Assembly (NCBI GenBank): GCA_001303585.1
Contig: LJTT01000018.1
Span: 12,810 to 76,809 of the forward strand
Direction of reading: 5' to 3'
DNA: 64,000 bases
From: Betaproteobacteria bacterium SG8_41
GTDB taxonomy: Bacteria; Pseudomonadota; Gammaproteobacteria; Burkholderiales; SG8-41
Position numbers and translations under genes: made by a program
Shown: piece after piece, positions 41,757 to 52,240 of the stretch
Position numbering within the stretch: position 1 is the first letter of the stretch
Layout of the letters: the number at the start of each line of letters is the position of its first letter
Notes under the pieces: model-generated
What the model was told of the DNA's origin: nothing
Databases searched by the model: none
The model's input: the letters and a program-made list of their open reading frames with translations, nothing else

Positions 41757-41857
41757 CGTGGGTCGTGAACGGTGGGTGGCAAGTGAACTAGAACACAAGA
41801 AAGGGTCCGAAAACGGTCAGGGGCTCGACTCACCAATCACAACTCGCCACTCACGCC
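41757..41857. repeat. Paired heptamer arrays in the accB>accC spacer: cgtgggt cgtgaac ggtgggt ggcaagt gaactag (41757-41791) and tcaccaa tcacaac tcgccac tcacgcc (41830-41857)
   Basis: Read directly. Confidence 0.8.
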
Positions 41858-41860
41858 TTT

Positions 41861-42298
41861 TCACTCAAGGGTGAAAAGCGGCTCGCCGTATTCCACCGGC
41901 TGGCCGTTCTCGGCGAGCACCGCCTTGACCACGCCATCGCGGTCGGCCTCGATCTCGTTCAACAGCTTCATCGCCTCGATGATGCACAATGTCTGGCCCG
42001 ACTTCACCTCCTGGCCCACCTCCACGAACGGCTTTGCGCCGGGCGCCGAGGCGCGATAGAACGTCCCCACCATGGGCGAGCGGATGACGTGACCCTCGGG
42101 CTCCGCTTCCGCTCCGGCGGGCGGTGCGGCTGCGGCTGGCGCAGGCGTGACCGCCTGTGCGGGCGCGCCGGCCTGCAGCGCAACCGTGGGTACGCCGCGG
42201 CTGATGCGCACCCGCTCTTCTCCCTCGGTAATCTCGAGCTCCGAAATCCCGGACTGCTGCACCAGGTCAATCAGCGTCTTGAGCTTGCGCAGATCCAC
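41861..42298 (-). CDS. accB: Biotin carboxyl carrier protein of acetyl-CoA carboxylase
   Basis: The biotinyl motif EAMKLLNEI is present. GTG at 42298 gives an [14 protein letters not shown]-terminus like E. coli AccB. Confidence 0.9.
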   Translation of the reverse strand: MDLRKLKTLIDLVQQSGISELEITEGEERVRISRGVPTVALQAGAPAQAVTPAPAAAAPPAGAEAEPEGHVIRSPMVGTFYRASAPGAKPFVEVGQEVKSGQTLCIIEAMKLLNEIEADRDGVVKAVLAENGQPVEYGEPLFTLE

Positions 42299-42302
42299 CA
42301 CG

Positions 42303-42755
42303 TTATTCCTTCCCCCTGCTCCCCAAGGCAAAGTCCAGGGCCAGTTCGTATCCCCTTGCCCCCAGGCCGCTCAACACCCCGACCGCCAGATCCGAAAAAT
42401 ACGATTCGCGCCGGAACGGCTCCCGCGAAAAGATGTTGGAGAGGTGCACTTCGACAAACGGGATCCCCACGGCTGCCAAGGCGTCTCGAATGGCCACGCT
42501 GGTATGCGTGTACGCCGCCGGGTTGATAATGATGTAATCAACGCCGTCACGCCGCGCCTGCTGGATGCGCTCGATCAGCTCCGCCTCGGCGTTGCTTTGG
42601 AAGCTCGCGAGTTGCGCCCCGGCATCTTTGGCTCGCTTCTCCAGCCGGGCGTTGATGGCCTCGAGCGTATCAGTGCCGTAGAACTCCGCCTGCCGGGCGC
42701 CCAGCAGATTGAGGTTCGGGCCGTTTATGACCAGGATGTTCTTTGCGCCAGCCAT
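42303..42755 (-). CDS. aroQ: Type II 3-dehydroquinate dehydratase
   Basis: 150 aa; [13 protein letters not shown] and [12 protein letters not shown] motifs. Confidence 0.95.
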   Translation of the reverse strand: MAGAKNILVINGPNLNLLGARQAEFYGTDTLEAINARLEKRAKDAGAQLASFQSNAEAELIERIQQARRDGVDYIIINPAAYTHTSVAIRDALAAVGIPFVEVHLSNIFSREPFRRESYFSDLAVGVLSGLGARGYELALDFALGSRGKE

Positions 42756-42764
42756 CTAAAAAGC

Positions 42765-42780
42765 TGTGAATTTGTTCACA
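42765..42780. promoter_or_regulatory. Perfect CRP/Vfr-type consensus half-sites, TGTGA-N6-TCACA
   Basis: tgtgaatttgttcaca lies 10-25 nt upstream of the aroQ ATG. Confidence 0.4.
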
Positions 42781-43080
42781 TTCTGCCCAAAGCAGAGGCC
42801 CGGCACAACGTCCGGTGCCATGTTGGCTACAAGTTACCGTAAGTTAGCCGGCGTTGTCCAGAAATTAGCAGGAGTTAGAACCTGTACACAGAACAAATCT
42901 ACCTGCGAGGCCGCCGGTCGGAGGGCTCCAGCCTGAGGAGACGTCAATATCAACTCCCGCTGGACGTCCGCCCATCGGGCGGCCTCGAAACCAGCAGCTG
43001 CTGGCCGGGTATTCCAGCGCTAGTTCCCCCATTTTAAGCGAAGTTAGCCTAAATAAGTCAGGAGTTAGGCAAAATTAGCC

Positions 43081-43620
43081 TCAAAGAAGAGGAGCCAAAA
43101 GGGCTTCCAGTCGGTCTTCTTTGAGCCCCCCGAGGGTCTGACTCGCGAGCCGGCCAGCCCGGTCGATTACCAACGTATAGGGCAGGACCCCGGATCGGTT
43201 ACCGGTCGATCGCATGAGCTCCATCGTTTCGAGGCCGCCCAGCAGGACCGGATAGTTCATGCCGAATTCGCGCTGAAAAGCGGAGACAGGCTCACGCCGA
43301 TCGATGGCGATGCCCACGAACTGGAGGCCCCGCGCGCCGTAGCGATTTTGCATTCGTATGAAAACAGGGATCTCTTCCCGGCAAGGCGCGCACCACGTCG
43401 CCCAGAAGTTGACCACCACAACGCGCCCGCGCCACTGCTCAAGGGTCTCCGTGCTCCCTGAGAGATTCACAAAGCGGGCGGCGAACACCGCGTCCGCCCG
43501 GCCGCGCGCGTTGCTCTGGTCAGCATCCGCCGAGACCCACAATCGCCGCACCGCGTAGCCGCCGGCCGCCGAGGCGGCCGCCACCAGCGCGACAAGCCCG
43601 ATAACGCCGCGGCGGGTCAC
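43081..43620 (-). CDS. TlpA-family thiol:disulfide oxidoreductase (thioredoxin fold)
   Basis: WATWCAPC active site, an N-terminal membrane anchor, and overlap with the dsbD stop. Confidence 0.85.
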   Translation of the reverse strand: MTRRGVIGLVALVAAASAAGGYAVRRLWVSADADQSNARGRADAVFAARFVNLSGSTETLEQWRGRVVVVNFWATWCAPCREEIPVFIRMQNRYGARGLQFVGIAIDRREPVSAFQREFGMNYPVLLGGLETMELMRSTGNRSGVLPYTLVIDRAGRLASQTLGGLKEDRLEALLAPLL

Positions 43621-45389
43621 CGGAAGGCGAGCACCTGGTCAAGCACCGCGGCGAATTCCTTCGCCGGCTGGAACCCGATTACCCGCAGCCCCTCGATTTC
43701 GCGCCCGCTCCGATCAAAGAAGATGATCCCGGGCGGGCCGAAGAGACGAAAGCGTTTTAGCAGCGCGAGGTGCTCTGGCGTGCCGACAGTGACATCCGCC
43801 TGCAGGAGAAGCATCTGGTCCATTCGCGCCTGCACACCTGCGTCGCTGAAGGTGTATCGCTCCATTTCCTTGCATGACACGCACCAGTCTGCATAGAAAT
43901 CGAGCATCACCGGCCGGCCGCCGGCGGCCTGGATGCGGCCGTCCAGCTCGGAGACGCTACCGACGCGCTCGAAGCTCGGCGCAGCCGCCTCGCTCGCCCC
44001 CACTCGCAGTCCGGACAGCGGCTGAAGCACGTCGCGGCCGCCCGAGAGCGCGCCAATCAGGAACGCGATGCCCGCCACCAATGCGATGATGCCGACGCCC
44101 TTGCTGAACTTCTGGAAACCGTGCGCGTGGACCGGAAGAGGATCGATCGCGCGCAGGTAGATCGCCGTCACGATCAGCAGAACACCCCATGCGAGAAGAT
44201 GCACTGCTGCAGGAATAAATGGGGAGACAAGGAAGATCGCGACACCGAGTAGCAGCACGCCAAAGAAGCGCTTCACGGTCTCCATCCAGGGTCCCGCCTT
44301 GGGCAGCAATGCGCCCGCGGATGCGCCGACCGCCAGCAGCGGCACCCCCATCCCGAGCGCCATCGCGAACAGCGCGGAACCGCCCAGCACGACATCGTGG
44401 CTCTGGCTTATGTAGAGCAGCGCTCCCGCCAGGGGCGCCGCCACACATGGGCCGACAATGAGCGCCGAGAACACACCGATCAGGAACACCCCTGCGGCAT
44501 GCCCGCCCTTGATGCGCCCGCTCGCCTCGGCGAGCTTTGATTGCAGGGCAACCGGCAACTGCAGCTCGTAGAGCCCGAACATCGCCAGCGCGAGCGCCAC
44601 GAATACGGCGGCAAAGCCGCCCACGACCCATGGATTCTGCAGCACCGCCGAGAGCATTGCGCCTGACAATCCGGCCGCCACGCCTGCAATGGCATAGGTC
44701 ACGGCCATCCCGAGCACATAGGCCGAGGCCAGCAGGAATCCGCGCATCTTTGTGATGTGGGCACCGCCGCCCACGATGACGCCGGAAAGAATCGGCACCA
44801 TCGGCAGCACACAGGGCGTGAACGACAACAGCAAGCCGAAGCCGAAGAAGCTCGCGACGACCAACCAAAAACCGCTGGCAAAAAGCGTCGCGACTGTCGC
44901 ATCGCTTACCGGCGGCTGCGCACCAAAAAGCTGCGCCGTTGCGCCACCTTGAGGCGGGACAGCGGCGAGCGATGCCAGCATGAGCTCCGCTTTCTGATCC
45001 TGCGGGACGTAGCACACGCCCACGTCGGCACAGCCCTGCGATGTTGCCGTAAGCGTCAGCGCGGTAAGGCCCGTGCCCTCCACCTCGAAAGGCACGATGA
45101 TCGTGAGATCGCCTCGGTGGGTCTCTACCTCGCCGAAAAACTCGTCGCGCTTGCGCTTTCCGGGCGGAATCTGGGCCGCCCCGAGCTTGACTTCGGCGGG
45201 CACCGCGGAGAAGCGAAACTTGTCGTGATAGAGGTAGTAGCCCGGCGCGATCCGGTAGGTCACCTCGATGGTGCGAGGGTCCTGCAGGCGAGCCGAGAAC
45301 CGGAACGCCTTCTCGGGCTCGAGCAGCTCGGGCTCCGCCGCATGGCCAAAGGAGCTGACCGCCAGGAGAAGAACCAGAAGGAGGCGCAT
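43617..45389 (-). CDS. dsbD: Thiol:disulfide interchange protein DsbD
   Basis: N-terminal periplasmic domain, a central multi-TM domain, and a C-terminal thioredoxin domain (WCVSC). ATG at 45389 with GGAG 9 nt upstream. Confidence 0.9.
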   Translation of the reverse strand: MRLLLVLLLAVSSFGHAAEPELLEPEKAFRFSARLQDPRTIEVTYRIAPGYYLYHDKFRFSAVPAEVKLGAAQIPPGKRKRDEFFGEVETHRGDLTIIVPFEVEGTGLTALTLTATSQGCADVGVCYVPQDQKAELMLASLAAVPPQGGATAQLFGAQPPVSDATVATLFASGFWLVVASFFGFGLLLSFTPCVLPMVPILSGVIVGGGAHITKMRGFLLASAYVLGMAVTYAIAGVAAGLSGAMLSAVLQNPWVVGGFAAVFVALALAMFGLYELQLPVALQSKLAEASGRIKGGHAAGVFLIGVFSALIVGPCVAAPLAGALLYISQSHDVVLGGSALFAMALGMGVPLLAVGASAGALLPKAGPWMETVKRFFGVLLLGVAIFLVSPFIPAAVHLLAWGVLLIVTAIYLRAIDPLPVHAHGFQKFSKGVGIIALVAGIAFLIGALSGGRDVLQPLSGLRVGASEAAAPSFERVGSVSELDGRIQAAGGRPVMLDFYADWCVSCKEMERYTFSDAGVQARMDQMLLLQADVTVGTPEHLALLKRFRLFGPPGIIFFDRSGREIEGLRVIGFQPAKEFAAVLDQVLAFR

Positions 45390-45408
45390 CGCAGTCAACT
45401 CCATGGTC

Positions 45409-45738
45409 TCAGCCAATGGAAATGGTCGTTTCCGCGCCCACCCAGTCGAGATAGTCGGCAAGCCCGCAACCGACTGGGACAGCGATGATTTCCGGAAGTT
45501 CGTAGGGGTGAAGCTCGCTGATGGCGGCTTCGACCTCGGGATAAAGCGCGGCGCGCGTCTTGATCAGCACAGGGACCTCGGTCGCATTCTCGACCTTACC
45601 TTCCCAGCGGTAGACCGAGGTGCACTCCGCAAGCACGTTCACGCACGCCGCAAGGCGGCGTGCGAGCAGCTCCTCGGCGAGCTGCAGCGCGGCCGCGCGG
45701 TCCGGAAGAGTCGTGAGTACAACGAGTGCCTCAGGCAT
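45409..45738 (-). CDS. cutA: Divalent-cation tolerance protein CutA
   Basis: The ACVNVL..YRWEGKVE..E motif and cutA-dsbD synteny. Start at MPEALVV, just after the upstream stop. Confidence 0.9.
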   Translation of the reverse strand: MPEALVVLTTLPDRAAALQLAEELLARRLAACVNVLAECTSVYRWEGKVENATEVPVLIKTRAALYPEVEAAISELHPYELPEIIAVPVGCGLADYLDWVGAETTISIG

Positions 45739-45742
45739 GGGG

Positions 45743-46630
45743 TCAACCGCGCGACGGCCGATCCGCGCGCGCTGCCGCAATGCCGTGGCGCACGGTGGGA
45801 TATCGCAGCTTCATGCGCAGTTCGTTCTTGAGCCGGCGGTTGGTGAGGCGCCGTGACTCGTTCATGAACGAAAGCAGCCGCGCGGACAGCACGCTCTCCG
45901 CCTCCGCGCGTGTCACGCGGGGTGGGTGCGGCAGGCCGAAGTGCTCGGCGACGAGGTCGAAGTAGTCGCCCATCCGGATCGGCGCGTCGTCCGACGCGTT
46001 GTACATGCGGCCGCCCCCGCCGCGGTAGAGGGCCGCCATGACGATGCGCGCCAGGTCGTCCGCATGCACATGGTTGACGAAAGCGTCCTCCGCGGGCGCC
46101 AGCGCGGGTGTTCCGCGCTCGATTCGCGCCACTGGCAGCCGGTCCGCCGCGTAAATGCCGGGAACGCGAAGGATCACGACACGCACGCCGCTGCGCCTGC
46201 CCCACTCGCGCAGCTGCCCTTCCGCGTCCGCGCGGCGGCGCGCCCGTTCGGTGCCAGGACGCGGCGTTCGTGTTTCGGCGACCAGCTCCCCGCGGCAGTC
46301 GCCGTACACCCCGCTCGTGCTAATGTAGACGAACTGCTGTGGTAGACTCGAGCCCTTTGCAAGTGCCGCGATCAGATGAGCCGTGCGTGTATCGCGCGCG
46401 CCACGGTCCGGCGGCGGCGCGAGGTGCACCACGTCGTGGGCGAGGCCGGCGAGCGCTCCGAGCGTGTCAGGCACATCGAGATCTCCCCGGACAGCCGTCA
46501 CACCGAGCGAGCGCAGCGGAGCCAGGTGCTGCGGCGTCCGCGACAGGGCATAAATGCGGTAGCGCCCCTGCAGCAGCGGTATCAGCCGCCTCGCAATATC
46601 GCCACAACCGACAATGAGCAGGCGTTTCAT
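45743..46630 (-). CDS. NAD(P)-dependent epimerase/dehydratase-family (extended SDR) protein
   Basis: N-terminal LIVGCGDIARRL Rossmann motif; 295 aa. Confidence 0.8.
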   Translation of the reverse strand: MKRLLIVGCGDIARRLIPLLQGRYRIYALSRTPQHLAPLRSLGVTAVRGDLDVPDTLGALAGLAHDVVHLAPPPDRGARDTRTAHLIAALAKGSSLPQQFVYISTSGVYGDCRGELVAETRTPRPGTERARRRADAEGQLREWGRRSGVRVVILRVPGIYAADRLPVARIERGTPALAPAEDAFVNHVHADDLARIVMAALYRGGGGRMYNASDDAPIRMGDYFDLVAEHFGLPHPPRVTRAEAESVLSARLLSFMNESRRLTNRRLKNELRMKLRYPTVRHGIAAARADRPSRG

Positions 46631-46693
46631 AGCGGAATTTTAGCCGAAAGCCGGGCCGCCCGTTCCGGGCCGAAACCGGCACACCCGTCGAGC

Positions 46694-47719
46694 ATGCCAC
46701 ATCAGGTCACGATAAAACCCAGCGACCACGTTTTTAGCGTCAATGATGGCGAAACCGTGCTGGATGCGGCGCTACGCGGCGGCTTGATCATCTCCTACGG
46801 CTGCCGCAACGGCGCCTGCGGGTCGTGCAAGGGCAAGCTTCTGGAAGGCACGATCGACTACGGCCATTACCAGGAGCACGCCCTGCCCGATACCGAAAAG
46901 CAGGCTGGCCTGGCGCTTTTCTGCCAGGCGCGCCCGCTGACCGATCTCGTGATCTTGACGCGGGAAGTGGCAGGCGTGACGGGCATCGAGATCCGGAAAC
47001 TGCCGGCGCGCGTGCACAAAATGGAGCGCCTCGCGCCAGACGTCATGGGGCTGCACCTCAGGCTGCCGGCGAACGACCGTCTCCAGTTTCTTGCCGGCCA
47101 ATACATCGATCTTCTGCTGCCGGGCAACACGCGCCGCAGCTTCTCGATGGCAAACGCACCGCATGACGATGCCTTCCTGCAGCTGCACGTGAGAAACTAC
47201 GGCGGCTCGTTCAGCGGGCATGTCTTCAGCAAGATGAAGGAACGGGACATTCTGCGCTTCGAGGGGCCCTTCGGCACCTTCTTCCTGCGCGAGGACAGCG
47301 ACAAACCCATCATACTTCTCGCGAGCGGGACGGGGTTTGCGCCGATAAAAGCCATGGTGGAGCACGCGCTGCACAAGCGGCTGCAGCGGCCAATCACACT
47401 GTACTGGGGCTGCCGCGCCCGCGCCGATCTCTATCTCCACGAGCTGGCAGAGCGCTGGCAGCGGGAGCACGGCATCCGCTATGTTCCAGTGCTCTCCGAA
47501 GCGCAACCCGGAGACCATTGGACCGGCCGGGGCGGCCTAGTCCATCACGCGGTGATGGAAGATTTCCCGGATTTGTCGGGGTTCCAGGTCTATGCCTGCG
47601 GTTCTCCGGTGATGGTAGAAGCCGCGCACCGGGACCTGACGACGACGTGCGGGCTGCCCGAGGACGAGTTCTATTCGGATTCGTTCACGCCCTCCGCGCC
47701 GGAAGCCGGCCCGGCCTGA
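46694..47719 (+). CDS. 2Fe-2S ferredoxin-type FAD/NAD(P)H oxidoreductase (AscD/Fre-like)
   Basis: The CRNGACGSC...C plant-type ferredoxin motif, then RSFS FAD-binding and GTGFAP NAD-binding motifs. ATG at 46694. Confidence 0.85.
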   Translation: MPHQVTIKPSDHVFSVNDGETVLDAALRGGLIISYGCRNGACGSCKGKLLEGTIDYGHYQEHALPDTEKQAGLALFCQARPLTDLVILTREVAGVTGIEIRKLPARVHKMERLAPDVMGLHLRLPANDRLQFLAGQYIDLLLPGNTRRSFSMANAPHDDAFLQLHVRNYGGSFSGHVFSKMKERDILRFEGPFGTFFLREDSDKPIILLASGTGFAPIKAMVEHALHKRLQRPITLYWGCRARADLYLHELAERWQREHGIRYVPVLSEAQPGDHWTGRGGLVHHAVMEDFPDLSGFQVYACGSPVMVEAAHRDLTTTCGLPEDEFYSDSFTPSAPEAGPA

Positions 47720-47793
47720 CCCTTCGGGCGCGAGCAGAGCAAACCACAAACATCAGGCCACTGAGTCATTCCACTCGCCGTCCGCCGCTTTCG

Positions 47794-47828
47794 GGTTACG
47801 GGTCACCGGTCACCGGTCACCGGTGACC
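47794..47828. repeat. Heptamer array ggttacg ggtcacc x3 ggtgacc in a convergent spacer
   Basis: Read directly. It ends 4 nt before the hemY stop codon. Confidence 0.9.
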
Positions 47829-47832
47829 GATT

Positions 47833-49041
47833 TTAGAGCGGTATACGGCGGTGCCCGCCGGTGACCGCCTTGAGCTGAGAGAGCGCAAGGTCAAGGCTCT
47901 TGCGTTGATGGTTCCGCGCGACCTCCGTGTTGCCAAGCGTCTCATGCAGGCGGGCCAGCGCGAGATGAGCCGAGTAGGTTGGATCAACCGCAATGCTCGC
48001 CTCGAGATAGCTCTGTGCCTTCCCCCACAGTTGCTGCGTGCCGCACAGCCTGCCCAATGTCAGCAGCAGCGCAGCGTCGCGTGGGTAAGACTTGAGCCAG
48101 CCCTCCGCCCGCTCGATGCGCCGTAATGTGTCACCGCCGTCGCACTCGGCGTAGAGCGCAACAAGGTCGCTGTCCCAGTTCGACTCAAGCGCCTCCTCGA
48201 TGATGCGGTGTGCCTGCACGCACCCGCCGAGCGCGATGAAGCAGTGCGCGGCCGCGGCCGCGACCTCTTTGTCGGCGCGCTCTTTCGCCGGCATCTTGTG
48301 CCAGGCTTCTTCCAGCGCCGCAATGTCGAGTGCCTTGCGCCTTAGATTCTCAATCAGCGCAACGCGGCGGATCTGCGCCGCCTGATCTGCGTCGAACACC
48401 TTGCGCCGCTGCAGCTCGTTCACCAGCACGAGCATCTGATCCCAGTTGCGCAGCGCCTCTTGTGCTTTCAACTCGAGCCGGAGTGCCGCCGTATGCGGGC
48501 GCGCCAGTCGCCGCAGCGCCTCGAGCGCCTCCTCGAAGCGGTGCTGCCCGAGCAGCAGCTCGGCCAGCGTGACCACCCGCATCGGTTCGTCCGCGCCCGC
48601 GGCGGCCGCACGCGCAAGGTAGTCATCGCGCCGGTCGTAGGCGCGCAGACCATGGGCCGCGCGTGCGGCAACGACTGCGCTGAGACCCGGCTGCTCCCCC
48701 ATTTCGAGGGCGCGCTGCGCCGCTTTCTCGGCGCGCGCATAGCGACCTGCCAGATACTCTTGCAGCGCGCTGGCGAATATCGCGCGCGCCTTCCGGCGCC
48801 GGCGCGCTGCCCGATACTCGCGGACCTGGCGCGGCAAGTGCAACGTGGCGGCGACCATACGTACGACGAAATAAAAACCGAGGAACGATGCGGCAAGCAA
48901 TAGCAGAAGGAGGTTGAGCGAGAGCTCGATGCGATACGGCGGGGAAACAAACAGGACATAGCCGGCACTATGGCGCGCGAGCAGCGTCAGGCCGACCGCG
49001 ATGGCAACGATCGTCACGATCCAGATCAGTGCCCGCAGCAC
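47833..49041 (-). CDS. hemY: HemY-like TPR membrane protein
   Basis: HemY_N-type N-terminus with 2 TM helices, TPR repeats, and hemCDXY synteny. Confidence 0.85.
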   Translation of the reverse strand: MLRALIWIVTIVAIAVGLTLLARHSAGYVLFVSPPYRIELSLNLLLLLLAASFLGFYFVVRMVAATLHLPRQVREYRAARRRRKARAIFASALQEYLAGRYARAEKAAQRALEMGEQPGLSAVVAARAAHGLRAYDRRDDYLARAAAAGADEPMRVVTLAELLLGQHRFEEALEALRRLARPHTAALRLELKAQEALRNWDQMLVLVNELQRRKVFDADQAAQIRRVALIENLRRKALDIAALEEAWHKMPAKERADKEVAAAAAHCFIALGGCVQAHRIIEEALESNWDSDLVALYAECDGGDTLRRIERAEGWLKSYPRDAALLLTLGRLCGTQQLWGKAQSYLEASIAVDPTYSAHLALARLHETLGNTEVARNHQRKSLDLALSQLKAVTGGHRRIPL

Positions 49042-49166
49042 GAGTCTGCCTCCGGATTTTGAAGAACGACCCCTGGCTGCCCGGTCACACGACTGAACAC
49101 CGGCCGCGATGCATCAGCGAGCCGCACACAGCGGGTAGGCGGGTAGCAGGCGCCAATGGTTTGTCC

Positions 49167-49194
49167 GATCACGGTCTGCCGGTCACTGATTACG
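49167..49194. repeat. Heptamer array gatcacg gtctgcc ggtcact gattacg overlapping the hemX stop
   Basis: Read directly. Confidence 0.65.
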
Positions 49195-50314
49195 GCTTCT
49201 CGGCGGTGCTCGCCTGCCCGCGGCCATAGCTGCGGATCGCCTCAAGCGAGGCCGAAATGTCCGCGACCTCAGCGCTGAGTTCCGCCGCGTGCAGGCTCGA
49301 CAGCGTTTCGACGGCGCGAGCAACCGCGGCGTTGCGCACATCGTAGTATCGTTGCATCCAGTCGCGCGCTGCTCCGATGTCGGCCTTATAGGCCTGCGTG
49401 TTGCGCGAGAGCAGCGCAAGCCGCGCCGCGAGAAGGCGCAGCTTGAGATTCTCGCGCAGGAAAAACGCCTGCGAAGGCGCCAGTAAAGGTGTTTCGGGAC
49501 GGTCCATGCGCTGGACCCGCACGAGCTGCTTCAACTCTTGCCAGGTCTCGCGCAACAGCCGCTTCCACAGCGGCTGCTCTGCGCCCCCGAGGTCGGACCG
49601 CGCCCCGGGCTGCGGCCGCACGTCCATGGCGAGGGGCAGCTTGTCCACGCCGGCGAGCAGTTCATCGATCTGCACGGTTAGTCCGGCGGTGTCCACCGCG
49701 GCGAGCCCTCGCAGCCGGGCGCGGTCGGCGCTGATCGCCTTGCGCACGTCGTTCAACTGCGGCCGCGCCAAGCGGCCGAGCTTTTCGTCCGCTGTCCTCA
49801 GCGCGGTAAGCGCCGCCGTGGCATTGCCTGTGAGTTGCAGCTGCTGGTTCGCGATGACGAGTGACTGCTCGATTTCTGCGATCGCCACGTCGCCGCGGTT
49901 TCGGGAGATATCCTGGAGCAAGGTTTCCAGCGCAGCGAGCCGAGCCTGGATCTGCACGAGCTGGCCTTCTAGCGCGCCCACCCTGCCCTGGACCGCGGAT
50001 ACCGCTGCGCGTGCCTGTTCCGCAACGCGGCGGTCCTCGAGCACCTTCGCATCCGCGTCAGCCAGTTTCTGCGCCAGCTCCTTGCGCATGGCACTGGTTT
50101 CGATGCGGCCCTGATACCAGTACCAGCCGACCAAGCCTGCGCCGACAGCGATAAACAGCAACGCCAGCCCTGCGCCGCGCCACCAGGGCGTGCGTGCAGG
50201 CGTGGCGGCCGGCTCTGCCGCGGCCTCGTCTGATACGGCCTCAGCAGCTTCCTGCTCGGGCACCGGCACAGGCCCTGCTTCCGGCTGCGTTTTCTCCTGC
50301 GGGGATTCGCTCAT
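49190..50314 (-). CDS. hemX: HemX-like membrane protein (often annotated as uroporphyrinogen-III C-methyltransferase)
   Basis: A single TM helix, then coiled-coil A/Q/L-rich repeats; position lies between hemD and hemY. Confidence 0.8.
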   Translation of the reverse strand: MSESPQEKTQPEAGPVPVPEQEAAEAVSDEAAAEPAATPARTPWWRGAGLALLFIAVGAGLVGWYWYQGRIETSAMRKELAQKLADADAKVLEDRRVAEQARAAVSAVQGRVGALEGQLVQIQARLAALETLLQDISRNRGDVAIAEIEQSLVIANQQLQLTGNATAALTALRTADEKLGRLARPQLNDVRKAISADRARLRGLAAVDTAGLTVQIDELLAGVDKLPLAMDVRPQPGARSDLGGAEQPLWKRLLRETWQELKQLVRVQRMDRPETPLLAPSQAFFLRENLKLRLLAARLALLSRNTQAYKADIGAARDWMQRYYDVRNAAVARAVETLSSLHAAELSAEVADISASLEAIRSYGRGQASTAEKP

Positions 50315-50462
50315 GCGACGTGATGGGCTGGCTCAGCCGATAGTATGGAGGGTCGTTCGCGGCGCCGCAACACTCGAAACCGCGTTGGCTGACCCGAGAC
50401 CATTACCCGGTACTACCGAGCGGGGGCCGAAACCCTCGGGCGAACGGGACATCGCAGGCACA

Positions 50463-51260
50463 TCAGCCCGATCGCTTGCCTCGGGGGCTCGCGGTGGCGA
50501 AGTGTTCTATCAGCGCGCTCAGCAAGCCCTCGTCGGCCGGCGCCGTGACGATCACGCGCGTGAGCCCCAGCTCGTGCGCGACCTCGGCGATGCGCGGATG
50601 CGGCACGAACACCGCTGTCTTGCGCAACCATTGACGCCCGAGGACGCCGATCATCTCATAGAGGTTGCGCAGCCCTTCGCTGCTGGTCACCGTGATCGCG
50701 TCGAGCTCGTTGCGCGCCCACGCTTTTAGCAATGGCGCCGCGTCCAGATTGGGCATGCCGCGGCGATAGCATTCCGCGTATTCCACGGTTGCGCCGCGCA
50801 GCTTCAACGTATCGCCGAGCAGCTCGCGCCCGCCATCGCCCCGAAAGATCACGACACGCTTGCCTCTCATCTCCTGGAGCTCGGGCAGCTCAAGCAGCGC
50901 CTCGCTATCAAAGCGCGGCGATGGCGCGATTGCGTTGGTCACCCCGAAGCGCGCAAGCTCCTTCACGCCGCCACGGCCAATCGCGGCGCAAATCAGCGCG
51001 GGAGGCAGCGTGCCGTGCGCTGTAATCAAGTTCATCGCCTTGTTTACGGCGTTCGGGCTAATGAATATGGCGAGGTCGAATTCGTCCAGGCGCACGATGA
51101 TGTCCCGCAGCGGCTTGAGATCTTCCACGTCGCGGATTTCCAGCACCGGAAACAGCGTTGCGGCGCCTCCCGCAGCTCGGATCATCTCGGCCAACTCCCG
51201 GGCCTGGTGCGCCGGACGAGTGACCACGATGTTTTTCCCCGTGAGCGGGCGATCCTTCAT
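50463..51260 (-). CDS. hemD: Uroporphyrinogen-III synthase
   Basis: 265 aa; overlaps the hemC stop; HemD-like sequence. Confidence 0.85.
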   Translation of the reverse strand: MKDRPLTGKNIVVTRPAHQARELAEMIRAAGGAATLFPVLEIRDVEDLKPLRDIIVRLDEFDLAIFISPNAVNKAMNLITAHGTLPPALICAAIGRGGVKELARFGVTNAIAPSPRFDSEALLELPELQEMRGKRVVIFRGDGGRELLGDTLKLRGATVEYAECYRRGMPNLDAAPLLKAWARNELDAITVTSSEGLRNLYEMIGVLGRQWLRKTAVFVPHPRIAEVAHELGLTRVIVTAPADEGLLSALIEHFATASPRGKRSG

Positions 51261-52228
51261 GGGCGTTCATCGCCAGCTTGCTTTTCCAGCTCGGCGAGGA
51301 TGGCGCCGGCGCCACGGGATCTGAGCTCGTCGGCAAGTGCAGTTCCGAGCGCCTCCGCATCCTCCGCGCCCGCGGCACGCTCTCCGGCGATCAACCGGCT
51401 TCCATCCGGGGCCCCGACGAATGCGCGCAGGCGCAACTGCGGGCCGCTGAGTTGGGCATAGGCTCCAAGCGGCACGTTGCAGCTGCCTGAAAGCGCGCGT
51501 GACAGCGCCCGCTCCGCTGTCACGCATAGCATCGTGTCGCGGTGGCTCAGGGGCTCCAGCAGCTTGAGGAGATCAGTTCGCTCCGCGCGGCATTCGAGGC
51601 CGAGCGCGCCCTGCCCCGGCGCAGGCAGACTCTCCTCGGGTTCGAGCAAGGCGGTTACCCGCTGCTCGAGACCGAGGCGCCGGAGTCCCGCTGCGGCAAG
51701 CAGGATCGCATCGAAGGCGCCTTCGTCCAGCTTGCGCAGGCGGGTGCTCACGTTGCCGCGCAACGGCTTCACGGCAAGACCGGGGTGGGAGGCGCGCACC
51801 TGGCATTCGCGGCGCAGGCTGGATGTGCCGACCCGCGCGCCCGCGGGCAGCGCGGCAAGCCCCGTGTAGCGGCCAGACACGAAAGCATCACGGGGGTCCT
51901 CGCGTTCCATGACCGCGGCCAGCGCGAAGCCCGGGGGCAATTGCATCGGGACGTCCTTCATGGAGTGCACGGCGAGGTCGGCCCGACCGCTCGCGAGCGC
52001 GTCCTCCAGCTCCTTGATGAACAGGCCCTTGCCCCCAATCTTGGCGAGCGAGACATCGAGCCGGCGGTCACCCTCCGTTGTCAGGCCAAGCACCGTAATT
52101 TCAGTGCGCGGGTATAATCCGGCCAGCAGCGACTGGACATGACGCGCCTGCCACATTGCAAGCGCGCTTTCGCGCGACGCGATGACGAGGCGCCGCGGCG
52201 CTGCCCCGGCGACATTACTGCTCAACAC
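51257..52228 (-). CDS. hemC: Hydroxymethylbilane synthase (porphobilinogen deaminase)
   Basis: [24 protein letters not shown], and the cofactor Cys region; GTG start. Confidence 0.95.
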   Translation of the reverse strand: MLSSNVAGAAPRRLVIASRESALAMWQARHVQSLLAGLYPRTEITVLGLTTEGDRRLDVSLAKIGGKGLFIKELEDALASGRADLAVHSMKDVPMQLPPGFALAAVMEREDPRDAFVSGRYTGLAALPAGARVGTSSLRRECQVRASHPGLAVKPLRGNVSTRLRKLDEGAFDAILLAAAGLRRLGLEQRVTALLEPEESLPAPGQGALGLECRAERTDLLKLLEPLSHRDTMLCVTAERALSRALSGSCNVPLGAYAQLSGPQLRLRAFVGAPDGSRLIAGERAAGAEDAEALGTALADELRSRGAGAILAELEKQAGDERP

Positions 52229-52240
52229 CTACCTCGCTGA

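Noticed and set aside
42797-42815. Sigma-54-like TGGCAC-N5-GTTG on the minus strand upstream of aroQ
   Set aside because: The -12 element is shifted by one position and lacks the GC dinucleotide. The sequence is better explained as a small hairpin.
52229-52240. Only 12 bp between the divergent start codons of hemC and the thioredoxin-fold gene
   Set aside because: The hemC start is an uncertain GTG, and the promoters can lie within the neighbouring coding regions. This is unremarkable without transcript data.
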